64,000 nt of DNA from Methanobacteriota archaeon (GCA_014240255.1 JAAZXG010000003.1:7087-71086), one strand, 5' to 3'; positions 51,023-61,726 are shown, counted from the first letter of the stretch. The notes: generated by a model from the sequence alone, not told the origin. Made by a program: numbers and translations.

Positions 51023-51883
51023 ATGGCAACTGGTCCGAAAAGAGGGAAAAGACGTTCTCGTCCCAAAAAATCTAAGCAAAACAATGCATTGCTTATACAA
51101 TCTTTAGGTGCCGTTATTGCTTTTATATTTGTCATATTTTTGATTGCAGCTGGTGTACTCTCTACCACTGTTGGGGCTGTAGTATGTATGATTATATTGG
51201 CAGTTTTATTCTATTTCATTTCTAAACCTAGGCCCCGGCGCCGTCGTCGTACGCGTAGTAGACCACAGCCTCAAGAAAAAGAACCTCAATTTTATACTGC
51301 CCTTCCCTCGACTCTAGGTTTATCTGAAATTCCCGAAGAAATCCCTACTCCACAAGTAAAACTTCCTCCTAGACCAATACGTGCAGCTCGAAGGCGAAGA
51401 GATTTTGTTACATATCCTTTAGCAGTAGGTGGTGGCGATTATTCAGATTCATATATTCAAGCTGATAAAGATACTATTCTCAGGCTTCGTTCTGAAATGA
51501 CTCCTGATAAAACTTCTTTAAAATTATCAGGCATTAGAATTGATAAATTCCCATCTTCTAAAATAGCTTCTGTTATGTCAAAAGAATCGGAATCTTTACC
51601 TGTTGAACCTGCAGTAGCCATACCAGTAGTAGGAGAGGCTGTAGTTGAATCTGCAGTAGCCATACCAGTAGTAGGAGAGGCTGTAGTTGAACCTGCAGTA
51701 GCCATACCAGCAGTAGGAGAAGCTGTAGTTGAACCTGCAGTAGCTATGCCAGTAGTGGGAGAAGCTGTAGTTGACGTTGCTGAAACCGTAGAGGTTGTAG
51801 ATGGCGTAGTTCCTGCCCCTGCAGTTCAATCAGCACCAGCTGAAGAAGAAGAGGAGATGGATTTTGATATGGAATGGGATTAA
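51023..51883 (+). CDS. 2-TM membrane protein with poly-Arg stretch, globular core and tandem-repeat tail
   Basis: Basic N-terminus, 2 TM, KPRPRRRRRTRS, YP..VGGG.Y.D.YI..D..TILRLR core, acidic end; GGAG RBS. Confidence 0.8.
   Translation: MATGPKRGKRRSRPKKSKQNNALLIQSLGAVIAFIFVIFLIAAGVLSTTVGAVVCMIILAVLFYFISKPRPRRRRRTRSRPQPQEKEPQFYTALPSTLGLSEIPEEIPTPQVKLPPRPIRAARRRRDFVTYPLAVGGGDYSDSYIQADKDTILRLRSEMTPDKTSLKLSGIRIDKFPSSKIASVMSKESESLPVEPAVAIPVVGEAVVESAVAIPVVGEAVVEPAVAIPAVGEAVVEPAVAMPVVGEAVVDVAETVEVVDGVVPAPAVQSAPAEEEEEMDFDMEWD
51602..51774 (+). repeat. in-frame 42-bp tandem repeat, 4 copies (VEPAVAIPVVGEAV)
   Basis: GTTGAACCTGCAGTAGCCATACCAGTAGTAGGAGAGGCTGTA repeated head-to-tail with few substitutions. 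Confidence 0.95.
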
Positions 51884-51907
51884 TTTATTTTTTAAGGTGG
51901 TAAAATA

Positions 51908-52645
51908 ATGATTCATGAATATATAAAAAACAAGCGTAAAGAGCACCCACTCCACTTTACATTATTAGATCCTGGTAAAACAAGCCCTGAAGAATTAATT
52001 AATTTCGCAACTCAAACTGCAGCTTCTGGAACTGATGGTTTTTTGGTTGGCGGGTCTACTGATTTAAGTTTAGAAAAAGTCGATGCGGCCGTTGATATAA
52101 TTAAAGAAACAACTCATTTACCAGTTATATTATTTCCAACACATGCTTCTTCAGTTTCTGGGCGAGCTGACGCAATATTTTTCATGTCACTTCTCAATAG
52201 TGAGAGTAGACAATTTTTAGTTGGAGAACAAATAGCGAGTGCACGTTGGGTTAAAAAAATAGGTTTAGAGCCACTATCAATGGCTTACTTAGTTGTTGAA
52301 CCAGGTATGGCTGCTGGGAAGGTAGGTCAAGCTCAACCTTTACCTCGCGATAATCCTGATTTAGTAGTATCGCATGCTTTAGCAGGTCAATATTTAGGCA
52401 TGAGTTATATATATCTTGAAGCAGGTTCAGGCGCATCAGAGCCCGTCCCTTCAGAAATAATCAGAGCAGTAAGAGACGAAATTGATGTATTCCAAATAGT
52501 CGGTGGCGGAATTAAAACTCCGGAATCTGCTTCAGAAGTAGTAAGGGCTGGAGCTGATATTGTGGTTACTGGAACTTTAGTTGAAACATCTGAAAAATTA
52601 AAAGAAGATATGTCCAATCTAATAAAAGCAATACATTCAGGATAA
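51908..52645 (+). CDS. geranylgeranylglyceryl phosphate synthase (group II)
   Basis: HFTLLDP.K, LVGGST, ILFP, FMSLLNS, YLEAGSGA, VGGGI, VVTGT. Confidence 0.94.
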   Translation: MIHEYIKNKRKEHPLHFTLLDPGKTSPEELINFATQTAASGTDGFLVGGSTDLSLEKVDAAVDIIKETTHLPVILFPTHASSVSGRADAIFFMSLLNSESRQFLVGEQIASARWVKKIGLEPLSMAYLVVEPGMAAGKVGQAQPLPRDNPDLVVSHALAGQYLGMSYIYLEAGSGASEPVPSEIIRAVRDEIDVFQIVGGGIKTPESASEVVRAGADIVVTGTLVETSEKLKEDMSNLIKAIHSG

Positions 52646-52650
52646 ATTAA

Positions 52651-54411
52651 ATGGCACCTCCACTAAAAGTAGATAAGATTAGTCCACCTCCAGCTCGTCT
52701 TTCAGCTTTTCTTTATCATACGCCTCATGTTCTATTTAGTTTGTTGCTTTTCTTGGCTGTAACTTTATTTTTAGTTTATGGTAGCTTTCATACTTTAGGA
52801 GTTAGTGCTAATTCGGTTGATTTTACTATAGTAGCCTTCATGTCTTTTTCAATTCCAGTTATTTTAATATCTTATCTTGTTTCCAATATATCCTGGTTAT
52901 GGGATGGACGTTATCCTATTCGTTACGGGCTTCAGGCAGGTGCAACAGGATCAGTTATCATGCTGATTACAATATTGATTGGATTTTATTTTGAAGAGAC
53001 AAGTAAAGGTTTAGCCTTTGGCCTTGGTTGTATGGGTGGTTTATGGTATTTGACATTGAGAACTCATGGTAGTGCCCCAGCCAGAATTGCTTTTCCATTA
53101 TCCTTATTATCTCCAATTACAAGTTTATATTATTTATGGGATGGCGGTTTAACTGAAGATTTTACTTTTGGACTTTTAGCTATCTTTGCTTTATCATTTG
53201 CAAGTCATTTTTTTCTTTTTTTAGTAGATTCACCATATAAGAAAGCAATAGGAGTTAGCGGAACAAAACATATGTCTGCTTTCATCGAGCATTTTTCAAC
53301 AGGCGATGGCCGACGTTTAACTAAAGCAATAAGAGAAATTTGTCAGACTATAGAAACTAAGAATAGTTGGACTTCTATCCGGAAAGAAGGTAAAACAGTA
53401 GCATTCTTAGCAGTACCTGGAGTACATCCAGGCCCAGTTGGAACATTAGGCGGTTCTAATTTACCTTCAAAGATAGATTCAGTATTGCCTGGTCTTGGAT
53501 TTGCATTTCATGGCTCGTCTACAAATGATCATAATCCTTTGAGAGATGAAGATTTAACGAGAATCGCCAAAGCAATGGTTTCAGCTTCAGAGAGTGCTGT
53601 TTACAGTGATATTTCTAATCCAACTATTAAGCAAGGTGACGTGCCTGCAGCATATGTTACAGGTATTGGTAATGGAACATTAATATTTGCAAAACCTGGT
53701 GATAGTGACGACATTCTTCCAGAGTTAGCAGCACGTTTGGAAAGATCGTCATCTAGTAAAACAGGTAAAAGAATATTAATCGATTTACATAATCAAGAAG
53801 GATGGGGGCGCCCACCCTTAGCGGCAGGAACGAAAGAAGGAACTAGTTTAGAAATTTCAGCATCTAAGGCATTACGATTGAGTTCTTCGTCACCCAAAGG
53901 AAAGTTAAGAGTTGGAATTTCTCATATACCTGGTGAAGATTTGTCAAGAGGTATTGGACCTGGTGGGATTCGTGTATTAGTTATAGAAAATGATTTTTCA
54001 GATGAAAGTAATCAACGTACTGCAGTTATGCTATGGGATGCGAATGGTTTAGGGCCGGGTATGAATGATGAGCTCCAAGAAGGCCTCAGTGGTTCAGTTG
54101 ATGAGCTTCTTTTAGCGACTACCGACAATCACTATGTCAATGTTAAGCCAGGAGGTTTCAATCCTTTAATAGATTCAGAGGGGATTTTACCAATTGCAAA
54201 ACAAGCTTTAGAAGAAGCAATAGATGATATATCACCTGCAGAGTCTTCTATGGGTACGGTTTATGTCGACGGCGTAGAGATTCTAGGCCAAGGTAAACAA
54301 GACAAAATTAGTGCTGCAGCTAACTCAATAATTGAGGTTGCAAGGTATTCATGGTTGCCAATTTATTCTTCAGCAACTATGTTTTGTATAATGATGGCGC
54401 CTTATCTTTAA
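52651..54411 (+). CDS. DUF2070 family membrane protein (predicted ceramidase-like lipid hydrolase)
   Basis: N-terminal TM bundle, HPGP.G.LGGSNLP, FHG...DHN, IDLHN, DANG, TTDNH. Confidence 0.88.
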   Translation: MAPPLKVDKISPPPARLSAFLYHTPHVLFSLLLFLAVTLFLVYGSFHTLGVSANSVDFTIVAFMSFSIPVILISYLVSNISWLWDGRYPIRYGLQAGATGSVIMLITILIGFYFEETSKGLAFGLGCMGGLWYLTLRTHGSAPARIAFPLSLLSPITSLYYLWDGGLTEDFTFGLLAIFALSFASHFFLFLVDSPYKKAIGVSGTKHMSAFIEHFSTGDGRRLTKAIREICQTIETKNSWTSIRKEGKTVAFLAVPGVHPGPVGTLGGSNLPSKIDSVLPGLGFAFHGSSTNDHNPLRDEDLTRIAKAMVSASESAVYSDISNPTIKQGDVPAAYVTGIGNGTLIFAKPGDSDDILPELAARLERSSSSKTGKRILIDLHNQEGWGRPPLAAGTKEGTSLEISASKALRLSSSSPKGKLRVGISHIPGEDLSRGIGPGGIRVLVIENDFSDESNQRTAVMLWDANGLGPGMNDELQEGLSGSVDELLLATTDNHYVNVKPGGFNPLIDSEGILPIAKQALEEAIDDISPAESSMGTVYVDGVEILGQGKQDKISAAANSIIEVARYSWLPIYSSATMFCIMMAPYL

Positions 54412-54734
54412 GTCTGAATCTGTATAGATATTTTAACACCATCTGGGATTTGAATTCTCATCAGTTGGCGCATTGCTCTTTCATCAGCATCAATGTAAAT
54501 TAATCTCTTATGTAAACGAGCTTCCCATCGGTCCCAAGTTTCTGAACCTTCACCATCTGGTGATTTCCTAACAGGCACTTTTAGTTTCCTAGTAGGTAGG
54601 GGAATAGGGCCAGTCATACTGACACCAGTTCTATCAGAGATGGTTTTGATTTGATCACATACACCATCTACTATATCATGGTTTAAGGCATGCAACGAGA
54701 TACAAGCTCTACTGGATGCCTTTTTTGGAGCCAT
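54408..54734 (-). CDS. rps10: 30S ribosomal protein S10 (uS10)
   Basis: [28 protein letters not shown]. Confidence 0.97.
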   Translation of the reverse strand: MAPKKASSRACISLHALNHDIVDGVCDQIKTISDRTGVSMTGPIPLPTRKLKVPVRKSPDGEGSETWDRWEARLHKRLIYIDADERAMRQLMRIQIPDGVKISIQIQT

Positions 54735-54744
54735 ATGTTAAGAC

Positions 54745-56031
54745 TTAATCCCAGTGTTCTTCTATTTTCAGACACATTCCAGCAGCTACAGTAGCTCCCA
54801 TGTCTCTGATAGCAAATCTAGCTAAAGCCTTGTATTTTGATTGTTCTTCAATAGCCAATGGTTTAGTTGGTCTAATGAGAACCATTGCTGCGTCTCCCTT
54901 CTTTAAAAAGTCAGGATTCTCTTCAGTGACTTCACCAGTTCTTGGGTCCATCTTTGCTAAAAGTTTTTCAAATGTACAAGCAACTTGTGCTGTGTGACAG
55001 TGGAATACGGGTGTATAACCTTGTGTTATTACATTAGGATGATCTAAGATCATAATTTGAGCTTTGAAAGCACGAGCTACTGCTGGGGGGTCATCTTCTG
55101 GGCCACCAACATCACCTTTTCTAATATCTTGGTGAGAAATACCTCTACAATTAAATCCAATATTGTCGCCAGGAACTGCTTGTGGAACCTCAGCATGGTG
55201 CATTTCTACGGATTTAACTTCACCAACTTTACCACCAGGGTGGGCAGAAGGTTTGAAAATTAATTTTGTACCTGCTTTGATAGTTCCTGATTCAACACGA
55301 CCTACTGGAACTGCTCCAATACCTGATATCTTGTAAACATCTTGAATAGGTATTCTGATTTTCCCATCAGCTGCACCGGAAGGTGGATTGAGTTTATCTA
55401 AAGCTTGCATCATGGTATCTCCATTCCACCATGACAATTCTCCTTTATCTTTAATGTTATCAGCTTTCCAACCTGATGCAGGAATAATGTTAACTTGTTC
55501 ATCTCTGAATCCAACCATTGCTAGCATTTTCTTTACTTCATCTACAACTTCTTTGAAACGGCTTTCACTATAGGCTGGTTTGGTTATATCCATTTTATTA
55601 ACAGAAACAATCATCTGTTCAATACCCATAACTTTTGAGAGCCATAAATGTTCTTTAGTTTGTGCAGCAATACCGTCATCAGCAGCTACAACTAGAACGG
55701 CAGCATCTGCTTGTGAAGTTCCAGTAATCATATTTTTTACAAAATCTCTGTGTCCTGGTGCATCTATGATCGTGAAATGTTTTGTATCAGTTTTGAATTC
55801 TTTGTGAGCAACATCTATGGTTACACCACGTTCTCTCTCTTCTTTGAGATTGTCCATAACGTAAGCTAATTCGAAACCAGCTTTTCCACGTTCTTCAGCT
55901 TCTTTCCTGTATTTATCAATCAAGTGCTGTTCAATTGCACCGCCTTCCAAAAGTACTCTACCTACTGTTGTTGACTTACCGTGGTCGACGTGACCGATGA
56001 ATACTACATTCAAGTGTTGTTTTTGAGCCAT
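54745..56031 (-). CDS. tuf: elongation factor aEF-1 alpha
   Basis: [45 protein letters not shown]. Confidence 0.98.
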   Translation of the reverse strand: MAQKQHLNVVFIGHVDHGKSTTVGRVLLEGGAIEQHLIDKYRKEAEERGKAGFELAYVMDNLKEERERGVTIDVAHKEFKTDTKHFTIIDAPGHRDFVKNMITGTSQADAAVLVVAADDGIAAQTKEHLWLSKVMGIEQMIVSVNKMDITKPAYSESRFKEVVDEVKKMLAMVGFRDEQVNIIPASGWKADNIKDKGELSWWNGDTMMQALDKLNPPSGAADGKIRIPIQDVYKISGIGAVPVGRVESGTIKAGTKLIFKPSAHPGGKVGEVKSVEMHHAEVPQAVPGDNIGFNCRGISHQDIRKGDVGGPEDDPPAVARAFKAQIMILDHPNVITQGYTPVFHCHTAQVACTFEKLLAKMDPRTGEVTEENPDFLKKGDAAMVLIRPTKPLAIEEQSKYKALARFAIRDMGATVAAGMCLKIEEHWD

Positions 56032-56075
56032 TATTATTTCCCTCCATGGGATGGATGTGTCGGCAGGATAGGGGG

Positions 56076-56083
56076 TAAATAAA
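56076..56083 (-). promoter_or_regulatory. TATA-like box for an independent tuf-rps10 promoter
   Basis: Reverse complement TTTATTTA about 45 nt upstream of the tuf ATG; GGAGG RBS in between. Confidence 0.5.
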
Positions 56084-56154
56084 GGATTCGCCTTAAATTT
56101 GCAATATATTGTTCATAAGTTTAACTTATATAATGATATTTATATTAATTTTTT

Positions 56155-56811
56155 ATGAAGTTTGACATAAAGGGTAATCCCGCTTATGGTGAAGTTGATG
56201 TAGATTTAGGTCCTAATGAGACTATTCTAATTGAGCCGGGTGCAATGTCTAGAATGTCTTCTAATCTCAATTCAAGTTTTCAAAGGCAAGGTGGTTTTTT
56301 TTCAGCAATGTTTAGAAAGATGTTTGGTGGCGAAAATTTTTTCCTAGGAAAATATTCACATCAAAATGGTGGACAACTAACTTTCGCACCATCAAGTCCC
56401 GGTTCCGTTCAACATTATCAATTATCTAATAATAGCATAAATATAATGGCCGGTTCTTTTTTGGCATGCACACCCGGAGTAAATATAAAAGCTAAGTTTG
56501 GAGGTTTGAAAGCGCTTTTTTCAGGCGAAGGGGCCTTTTTACTTGAAGTTTCAGGAGATGGTGATTTATTCTTTAATTCTTTTGGCGGTATTGTTGAGAA
56601 GGAAATTAATGGAGAATTCATAGTAGATACAGGGCATGTAGTGGCTTTTGAACCTTCTTTAAATTATAAGATTTCAGGTATGGGTAATTGGAAATCAACA
56701 ATGTTATCAGGAGAAGGACTTGTAATGACATTTAGTGGCGTAGGTAAAATATATTTACAAACAAGAACAATTGAAGGTGTTGCTTCTTGGCTTACTCCGA
56801 GGTTAATATGA
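56155..56811 (+). CDS. TIGR00266/AIM24 family protein 1
   Basis: EPGAM, GGE.FF, LAC..GV, FSGEG.FL, VDTGHVVAF, SGEGLV..F.G.GKI..QTR. Confidence 0.92.
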   Translation: MKFDIKGNPAYGEVDVDLGPNETILIEPGAMSRMSSNLNSSFQRQGGFFSAMFRKMFGGENFFLGKYSHQNGGQLTFAPSSPGSVQHYQLSNNSINIMAGSFLACTPGVNIKAKFGGLKALFSGEGAFLLEVSGDGDLFFNSFGGIVEKEINGEFIVDTGHVVAFEPSLNYKISGMGNWKSTMLSGEGLVMTFSGVGKIYLQTRTIEGVASWLTPRLI

Positions 56812-57509
56812 AAATAAAAATAGATAGTGAAGGAGCTTTTGGTTCAGCAGTAGTTAAGCTAGAACCAGGTGAAAAATTTGTGTCAGAAGCTGGAGCAATG
56901 TATCGGGCTTCTCCCAATATGGGTATTGATGTAGAGTCTCGTAAAAAGCAAAATGAAGGGATGTGGGGTGCTTTAAAGGCCGGCATAAAATCAATGTTTG
57001 CAGGTGAATCATTCTTTTTATCTTCATATATGACTAATGATAATCAATCAGGAGAAGTGGGCCTAGCTCCAACACATCAAGGTGAAGTACGTAAGATAAC
57101 TGTTGGTAATGAAACTTGGATATGTTCAGGTGGAAGTTATTTGGGATCGTCAGGAAGTATTGAATTAGACACTCAATATCAAGGTCTTTTGAAGGGAGGA
57201 TTTAGTGGTGAAGGTTTAGTTTTTGTTAAGGCTTCAGGTGAAGGTGAGTTATTGGTGAATGGTTTTGGCCGCATAAGTGAAGTTGAAGTTAGAGATGGTA
57301 TAACTATAGACAACGGACATTTGATAGCATTTACCGAAGGATTAGAGTATACTATAGGAAAGGCCGGAAGCGGTTGGATATCTTCAATGATGTCTGGTGA
57401 AGGTTTGGTTATGAAATTTAGAGGTAATGGTAAGATTTTTGTTCAATCACATGATCCTGGAAGATTGGGTGGAGCATTAGGAGCATTATTACCACCGAGG
57501 GAGAGCTAA
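56808..57509 (+). CDS. TIGR00266/AIM24 family protein 2
   Basis: EAGAM, AGESFF, LAP...G, SGEGL, IDNGHLIAF, SGEGLV; ATG 56808. Confidence 0.92.
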   Translation: MKIKIDSEGAFGSAVVKLEPGEKFVSEAGAMYRASPNMGIDVESRKKQNEGMWGALKAGIKSMFAGESFFLSSYMTNDNQSGEVGLAPTHQGEVRKITVGNETWICSGGSYLGSSGSIELDTQYQGLLKGGFSGEGLVFVKASGEGELLVNGFGRISEVEVRDGITIDNGHLIAFTEGLEYTIGKAGSGWISSMMSGEGLVMKFRGNGKIFVQSHDPGRLGGALGALLPPRES

Positions 57510-58180
57510 TGAAATACGACATAATTTCAGCTCCCTCATATTCACTTTTAGAAATGATTCTTAATGAGGGCGAATCGGTGATTGTAGAGCCAGGTTCAAT
57601 GGCTTGGATGGATACTACAGTTAAACCTAAGACGGAAATGAAGGGTGGATTATTTGCAGGACTTAAAAGAAGAATGGGTGGTGAAAGTTTTTTCCTTAAT
57701 ACTTATACTGCAGAGGGAGGCCCTGGAAAAATTGGTATTGCACCAGGTTACTCGGGAGATATAGTTGTCAAAGAGTTAAATGATGAAACCATTTACATGG
57801 AAAGAGGAGCCTATCTTTGTCACCTTGGAAACATTGAAACGAGTGCAAGTTGGGAAGGTTTCATGGGTACTTTTGCTGAAGGCATGCTTGGTCTAAGGGT
57901 GAGTGGAACTGGCCTTCTATTCTTTGGTTCATACGGAGATATCCAAGAAGTTGAAGTTAATGGTTCATACACAGTAGACAATGGATATGCTGTAGCTTGG
58001 GAGAGTTCTTTAGATTACAGTATAGCGCGTTCGGGACGAACGATACGCAGTTTTCTATTTGGTGATCAATTGATCTGCAGATATCACGGTAATGGAAAAT
58101 TATGGATACAAACTAGAAGTCCTAGAAATTTGGCAGCATGGGTTCACCCATTTAGGCCAGTCCAAAGCAAGAACGATTAA
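57509..58180 (+). CDS. TIGR00266/AIM24 family protein 3
   Basis: EPGSM, GGESFF.N, APG..GDI, VDNGY.VAW, G.GKLWIQTR. Confidence 0.92.
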   Translation: MKYDIISAPSYSLLEMILNEGESVIVEPGSMAWMDTTVKPKTEMKGGLFAGLKRRMGGESFFLNTYTAEGGPGKIGIAPGYSGDIVVKELNDETIYMERGAYLCHLGNIETSASWEGFMGTFAEGMLGLRVSGTGLLFFGSYGDIQEVEVNGSYTVDNGYAVAWESSLDYSIARSGRTIRSFLFGDQLICRYHGNGKLWIQTRSPRNLAAWVHPFRPVQSKND

Positions 58181-58181
58181 T

Positions 58182-60377
58182 CTAAGAGTAATTTTCAGGT
58201 CTTGGCATTTCTGCCTTCAAGCCTTTACGCTTTCGTATGTCTTCAGTAATTCCATCAAGTAATTCTCTTGGTAATGTTTCATAACCTGCGAATTCAGTAC
58301 TCCAAAGAGCTCTTCCGCCTGTTGCCGATCGAATTTCGCTTGCAAATCCAAACATTTCCTTAACAGGGGCTTTTGCCGTAATTACAGCCATATCTCCTTC
58401 GGTTTCCATACCTGCGATTTCAGCACGCCTTTGAGACATTTCCCCAGTAACAGAACCCATTAACTCTTGAGGGACATTAATGTAAACTTTTTGTTTCGGT
58501 TCTAATAAAGCCACACCAGCAGAAACTAATGCACCATTAATTGCATTTCTGACAGCTGGTATTGTTTGTGCAGGTCCTCTGTGAATTGCATCTTCATGCA
58601 GTTTAGCATCATTCAAGATGATTTTTACTCCCATCATTTTTTCGTTAGCTCGCGGCCCTCTTTTTACGACTTCATTGAAAGCTTCAATTAGTAATTCCCT
58701 GGTTTCAAATAAATTTTGAATACCTTTTGTAGCATCAATGAATACACATCCATTTTCGATACAAAGAACACCTCTTCCATGAACTTTAGTCCAGCCCATA
58801 TCAATTAGTTGTCTGGCCACATCTTTTGCTTTCTTAATATTCCCAGAAGGAATAGTTCCATCTACAATAGCTTCTCGAATATCGTCTTCTAATGGTTCAA
58901 CTGTGATATAGTATCTATTGTGTTTATTAGGAGATTTACCTTCAAAGTCTCCAGGAGATGCCATAGCTACAGTTTCACGATAAACCACAATAGGTGGTGA
59001 TGTAGTTATTTCTACACCATGTTCATTTTTAATTCTATATTCAGTAATTTCTAAATGTAATTCACCCATTCCTGACATTAAATGTTCTCCAGTTTCTAGA
59101 TTACTATCAATTTGGATAGATGGATCAGATTTGGCAACAGCACGAAGAACTTCTACTAGTTTAGGCAAATCTTTGGTATGTTTTGCTTCAATAGCAGTAG
59201 TTACCACAGGATCAGAATTATGGACAATTCGTTCAAATGGAGTCATTTCTTTATTTGAAGAAATAGTTGAACCTGATTGTGCATCTCTTAACCCTGAAAC
59301 AGCAATAATATTTCCAGCAGTTACAATTTCAGTGGCAATGCGGTCGCCACCAACGAACATGCCCACAGATTGTACTCTATTGGCATTTGGCATTCCTGCA
59401 ACATACATTTGGTCACCTTTCTTAATCGTTCCAGAAAATAGACGTCCAACTGCAATTTCACCAGCATGAGGGTCTAAAACTACTTTAGTAACCATAAATG
59501 CCGAATCACCATCAGCTTTAGCATTTACCATAGATTGACCAATTTCTTCTTCAGATTCCCCTCTCCAGATATGCGGAATTCTATATTTCTGAGCTGTATC
59601 TGCCGAAGGTAATTTTTCAACAATCATATCTAATAAAACTTCATGTAAAGGAGCTGCTTTGGCTAGTTCTCTTTTTTGTTCTTTTTCCATGAATTCATAT
59701 ATTTGTTTGAAATTAACATTCTTTTTAGCCATGAATGGAAGTGAAGTAGCCCAGTTATGGTAAGCTGAACCAAAAGCTACAGTTCCAGCTTGAGCATCTA
59801 CCATCCAATCTTTCTTAAATTCATCAGGAACCATTCTTACTATTAATTTATTAACTTCAGTAATTATTTTCCCGAATCGTTGCATCATGTCTTCTGGTGT
59901 AACTTGTAATTCAGCAATCAAACGATCAACTTTGTTTATGAATAAAACTGGTTTAACTTTTTCTTTAAGTGCTTGTCTGATAACAGTTTCAGTCTGGGGC
60001 ATTATGCCTTCTACTGCACATACAACAATAATTACACCATCTAAAGCTCGCATAGCTCTGGTAACGTCTCCACCAAAGTCTACATGTCCTGGTGTATCTA
60101 TTAAATTAATTAAATAATCGTTTCCTTTATGTTCGTGAACCATTGATGCATTAGCTGCGTTAATTGTAATTCCTCTTGCAGATTCTTGTTCATCAAAATC
60201 TAACATTAATTGCTTACCTGCTAAATCTTCAGACATCATTCCCGCTCCAAAAATCAGATTATCTGAAAGAGTAGTCTTCCCATGGTCAATATGTGCGGCA
60301 GTACCTATGTTTCTTATATATTCTAGCTTTGTAAATAAAGCGGTTGCACGCTTTATATTGTCTTCTTTACGGCCCAT
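58182..60377 (-). CDS. fusA: elongation factor aEF-2
   Basis: AHIDHGKTT, RGITI, DTPGHVDF, NKVD, diphthamide loop LHEDAIHRG. Confidence 0.98.
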   Translation of the reverse strand: MGRKEDNIKRATALFTKLEYIRNIGTAAHIDHGKTTLSDNLIFGAGMMSEDLAGKQLMLDFDEQESARGITINAANASMVHEHKGNDYLINLIDTPGHVDFGGDVTRAMRALDGVIIVVCAVEGIMPQTETVIRQALKEKVKPVLFINKVDRLIAELQVTPEDMMQRFGKIITEVNKLIVRMVPDEFKKDWMVDAQAGTVAFGSAYHNWATSLPFMAKKNVNFKQIYEFMEKEQKRELAKAAPLHEVLLDMIVEKLPSADTAQKYRIPHIWRGESEEEIGQSMVNAKADGDSAFMVTKVVLDPHAGEIAVGRLFSGTIKKGDQMYVAGMPNANRVQSVGMFVGGDRIATEIVTAGNIIAVSGLRDAQSGSTISSNKEMTPFERIVHNSDPVVTTAIEAKHTKDLPKLVEVLRAVAKSDPSIQIDSNLETGEHLMSGMGELHLEITEYRIKNEHGVEITTSPPIVVYRETVAMASPGDFEGKSPNKHNRYYITVEPLEDDIREAIVDGTIPSGNIKKAKDVARQLIDMGWTKVHGRGVLCIENGCVFIDATKGIQNLFETRELLIEAFNEVVKRGPRANEKMMGVKIILNDAKLHEDAIHRGPAQTIPAVRNAINGALVSAGVALLEPKQKVYINVPQELMGSVTGEMSQRRAEIAGMETEGDMAVITAKAPVKEMFGFASEIRSATGGRALWSTEFAGYETLPRELLDGITEDIRKRKGLKAEMPRPENYS

Positions 60378-60389
60378 TTTTTAATCACT

Positions 60390-61013
60390 TTAGTTGTGTG
60401 CAGCTTCTGCTTGACGTTCTAATTCTTCTTTCTTACCTACGGCATAAGAATCAGGATTGCCTTCAGATGCTAGCATTAATTCTCGAGATAATGATTTCTC
60501 GATTGAACGCTGTTTTTGAGATGATTGAAGAGCACCAATGCAGAGGTTTCTGATTGCAGTATCTACTCTCCTTGTTGGAGAAACGTCAACTCCACTATAG
60601 ACTCTAATTCCCCCGTATCTAAGAGATACGACTGCAGCTCTTGGAGCTGAGTTTTCTAGAGCTCGAACCATTATTTGAGCAGGATTTGTTTTTTTCTTAG
60701 AATTTATAATATCAAAGGCATTTTTCATAACATTGTAAGCTTGTGCTTTTTTTCCAGTATATTTTTCAGATCTCATCAAGTTATTTATGAATCTTTCAAT
60801 AACAGTTAGGTCTCTTCGTCCAAATCTTTTCTTGGAGTGTCTACCACCAGTATGAGGTATTTGAAATGCGTCCAAATTAATATATTTCTCAAGAGTTGTA
60901 TCATCAATAACAACTTCAGTCAAATCCCACTTACCAAATAATGGAACTACTGGCATATCAGGTTCGGAAACCTTTGTTTCTTCTTCAACAGTATTTTCTT
61001 CAACTTCTGACAT
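60390..61013 (-). CDS. rps7: 30S ribosomal protein S7 (uS7)
   Basis: LFGKWD, PHTGGRH, ENSAPR, YGG, VDVSP.RRVD. Confidence 0.97.
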   Translation of the reverse strand: MSEVEENTVEEETKVSEPDMPVVPLFGKWDLTEVVIDDTTLEKYINLDAFQIPHTGGRHSKKRFGRRDLTVIERFINNLMRSEKYTGKKAQAYNVMKNAFDIINSKKKTNPAQIMVRALENSAPRAAVVSLRYGGIRVYSGVDVSPTRRVDTAIRNLCIGALQSSQKQRSIEKSLSRELMLASEGNPDSYAVGKKEELERQAEAAHN

Positions 61014-61015
61014 AA

Positions 61016-61444
61016 TTACCTAATTGGTTTTTCTTTCCTTCCACGAACCATTTCTTTCAAAGATACATTATTTACCTTTGCAACTCTATAACGGACACCA
61101 GATAAATCTCCATATGATCTACCCATGCGACCTCCGACACCTTCGATTACGACTTCGTCGTGTTCATCTATAAAACTAATTGCTAAATTTCCTGGAGCTA
61201 ATGCAGTAACTTGCCTTCCATTCTTAATTAATTGGACTCTTACACATTTACGTATTCCTGAATTAGGCTGTTTTGCTTCAACACCTACTTTCTCAACAAC
61301 AATTCCTTTAGCTTGTGGTGCACCTTGAAGAGGGTCCGCTTTTTCTTTAAGCTTCATAACTCTCTTACGATAGTATCGGTCATTCCATCTCTGTTGTTGG
61401 CGATTATTACGCTGTTTTGTCGCGGTGTAAAGTCCTTTTGCCAC
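61016..61444 (-). CDS. rps12: 30S ribosomal protein S12 (uS12)
   Basis: [30 protein letters not shown] start 61444 with AGGAG RBS. Confidence 0.97.
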   Translation of the reverse strand: MAKGLYTATKQRNNRQQQRWNDRYYRKRVMKLKEKADPLQGAPQAKGIVVEKVGVEAKQPNSGIRKCVRVQLIKNGRQVTALAPGNLAISFIDEHDEVVIEGVGGRMGRSYGDLSGVRYRVAKVNNVSLKEMVRGRKEKPIR

Positions 61445-61493
61445 TTGTGATTCTCCTTCCTGTAAAATCAGGGATGCTCGCACAAGCGGCCTG

Positions 61494-61501
61494 TATATAT
61501 A
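61494..61501 (-). promoter_or_regulatory. TATA box of the rps12-rps7-fusA operon
   Basis: TATATATA about 50 nt upstream of the rps12 start. Confidence 0.55.
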
Positions 61502-61589
61502 CTGTTCGTCATTCACATCAATGTTTTTTACAACTATTAATAGAACAGAGGGTAAATCTTTTTCTTTAGCAGCCTTGAAAGGGGTGTAA

Positions 61590-61666
61590 GCCACCGTAGC
61601 TTAGCCCGGTTGAGCGGCTGACTTGTAATCAGCAGGCCGAGGGTTCAAATCCCTCCGGTGGCTCCA
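61590..61666 (+). tRNA. tRNA-Thr(TGT), CCA encoded
   Basis: GCCACCG/CGGTGGC acceptor, GCTGA-CTTGTAA-TCAGC, GGGTTCAAATCCC, TCCA. Confidence 0.97.
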
Positions 61667-61726
61667 ACATTTGTTCTTATTTAGGGATAGTCATAAGGCA
61701 TTGGTTCGGAGTGAAATGATAGAAGA

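Noticed and set aside
51602..51774. Possible CRISPR array
   Set aside because: The units are contiguous with no spacers, are a multiple of 3, lie in frame within a CDS, and no cas genes are present.
61445..61594. 50-aa N-terminal extension of S12 in the ORF track
   Set aside because: It covers the promoter and the start of tRNA-Thr; the true start is GTG 61444 with an RBS. The extensions on pdxS, groES and dnaG are rejected for similar reasons.
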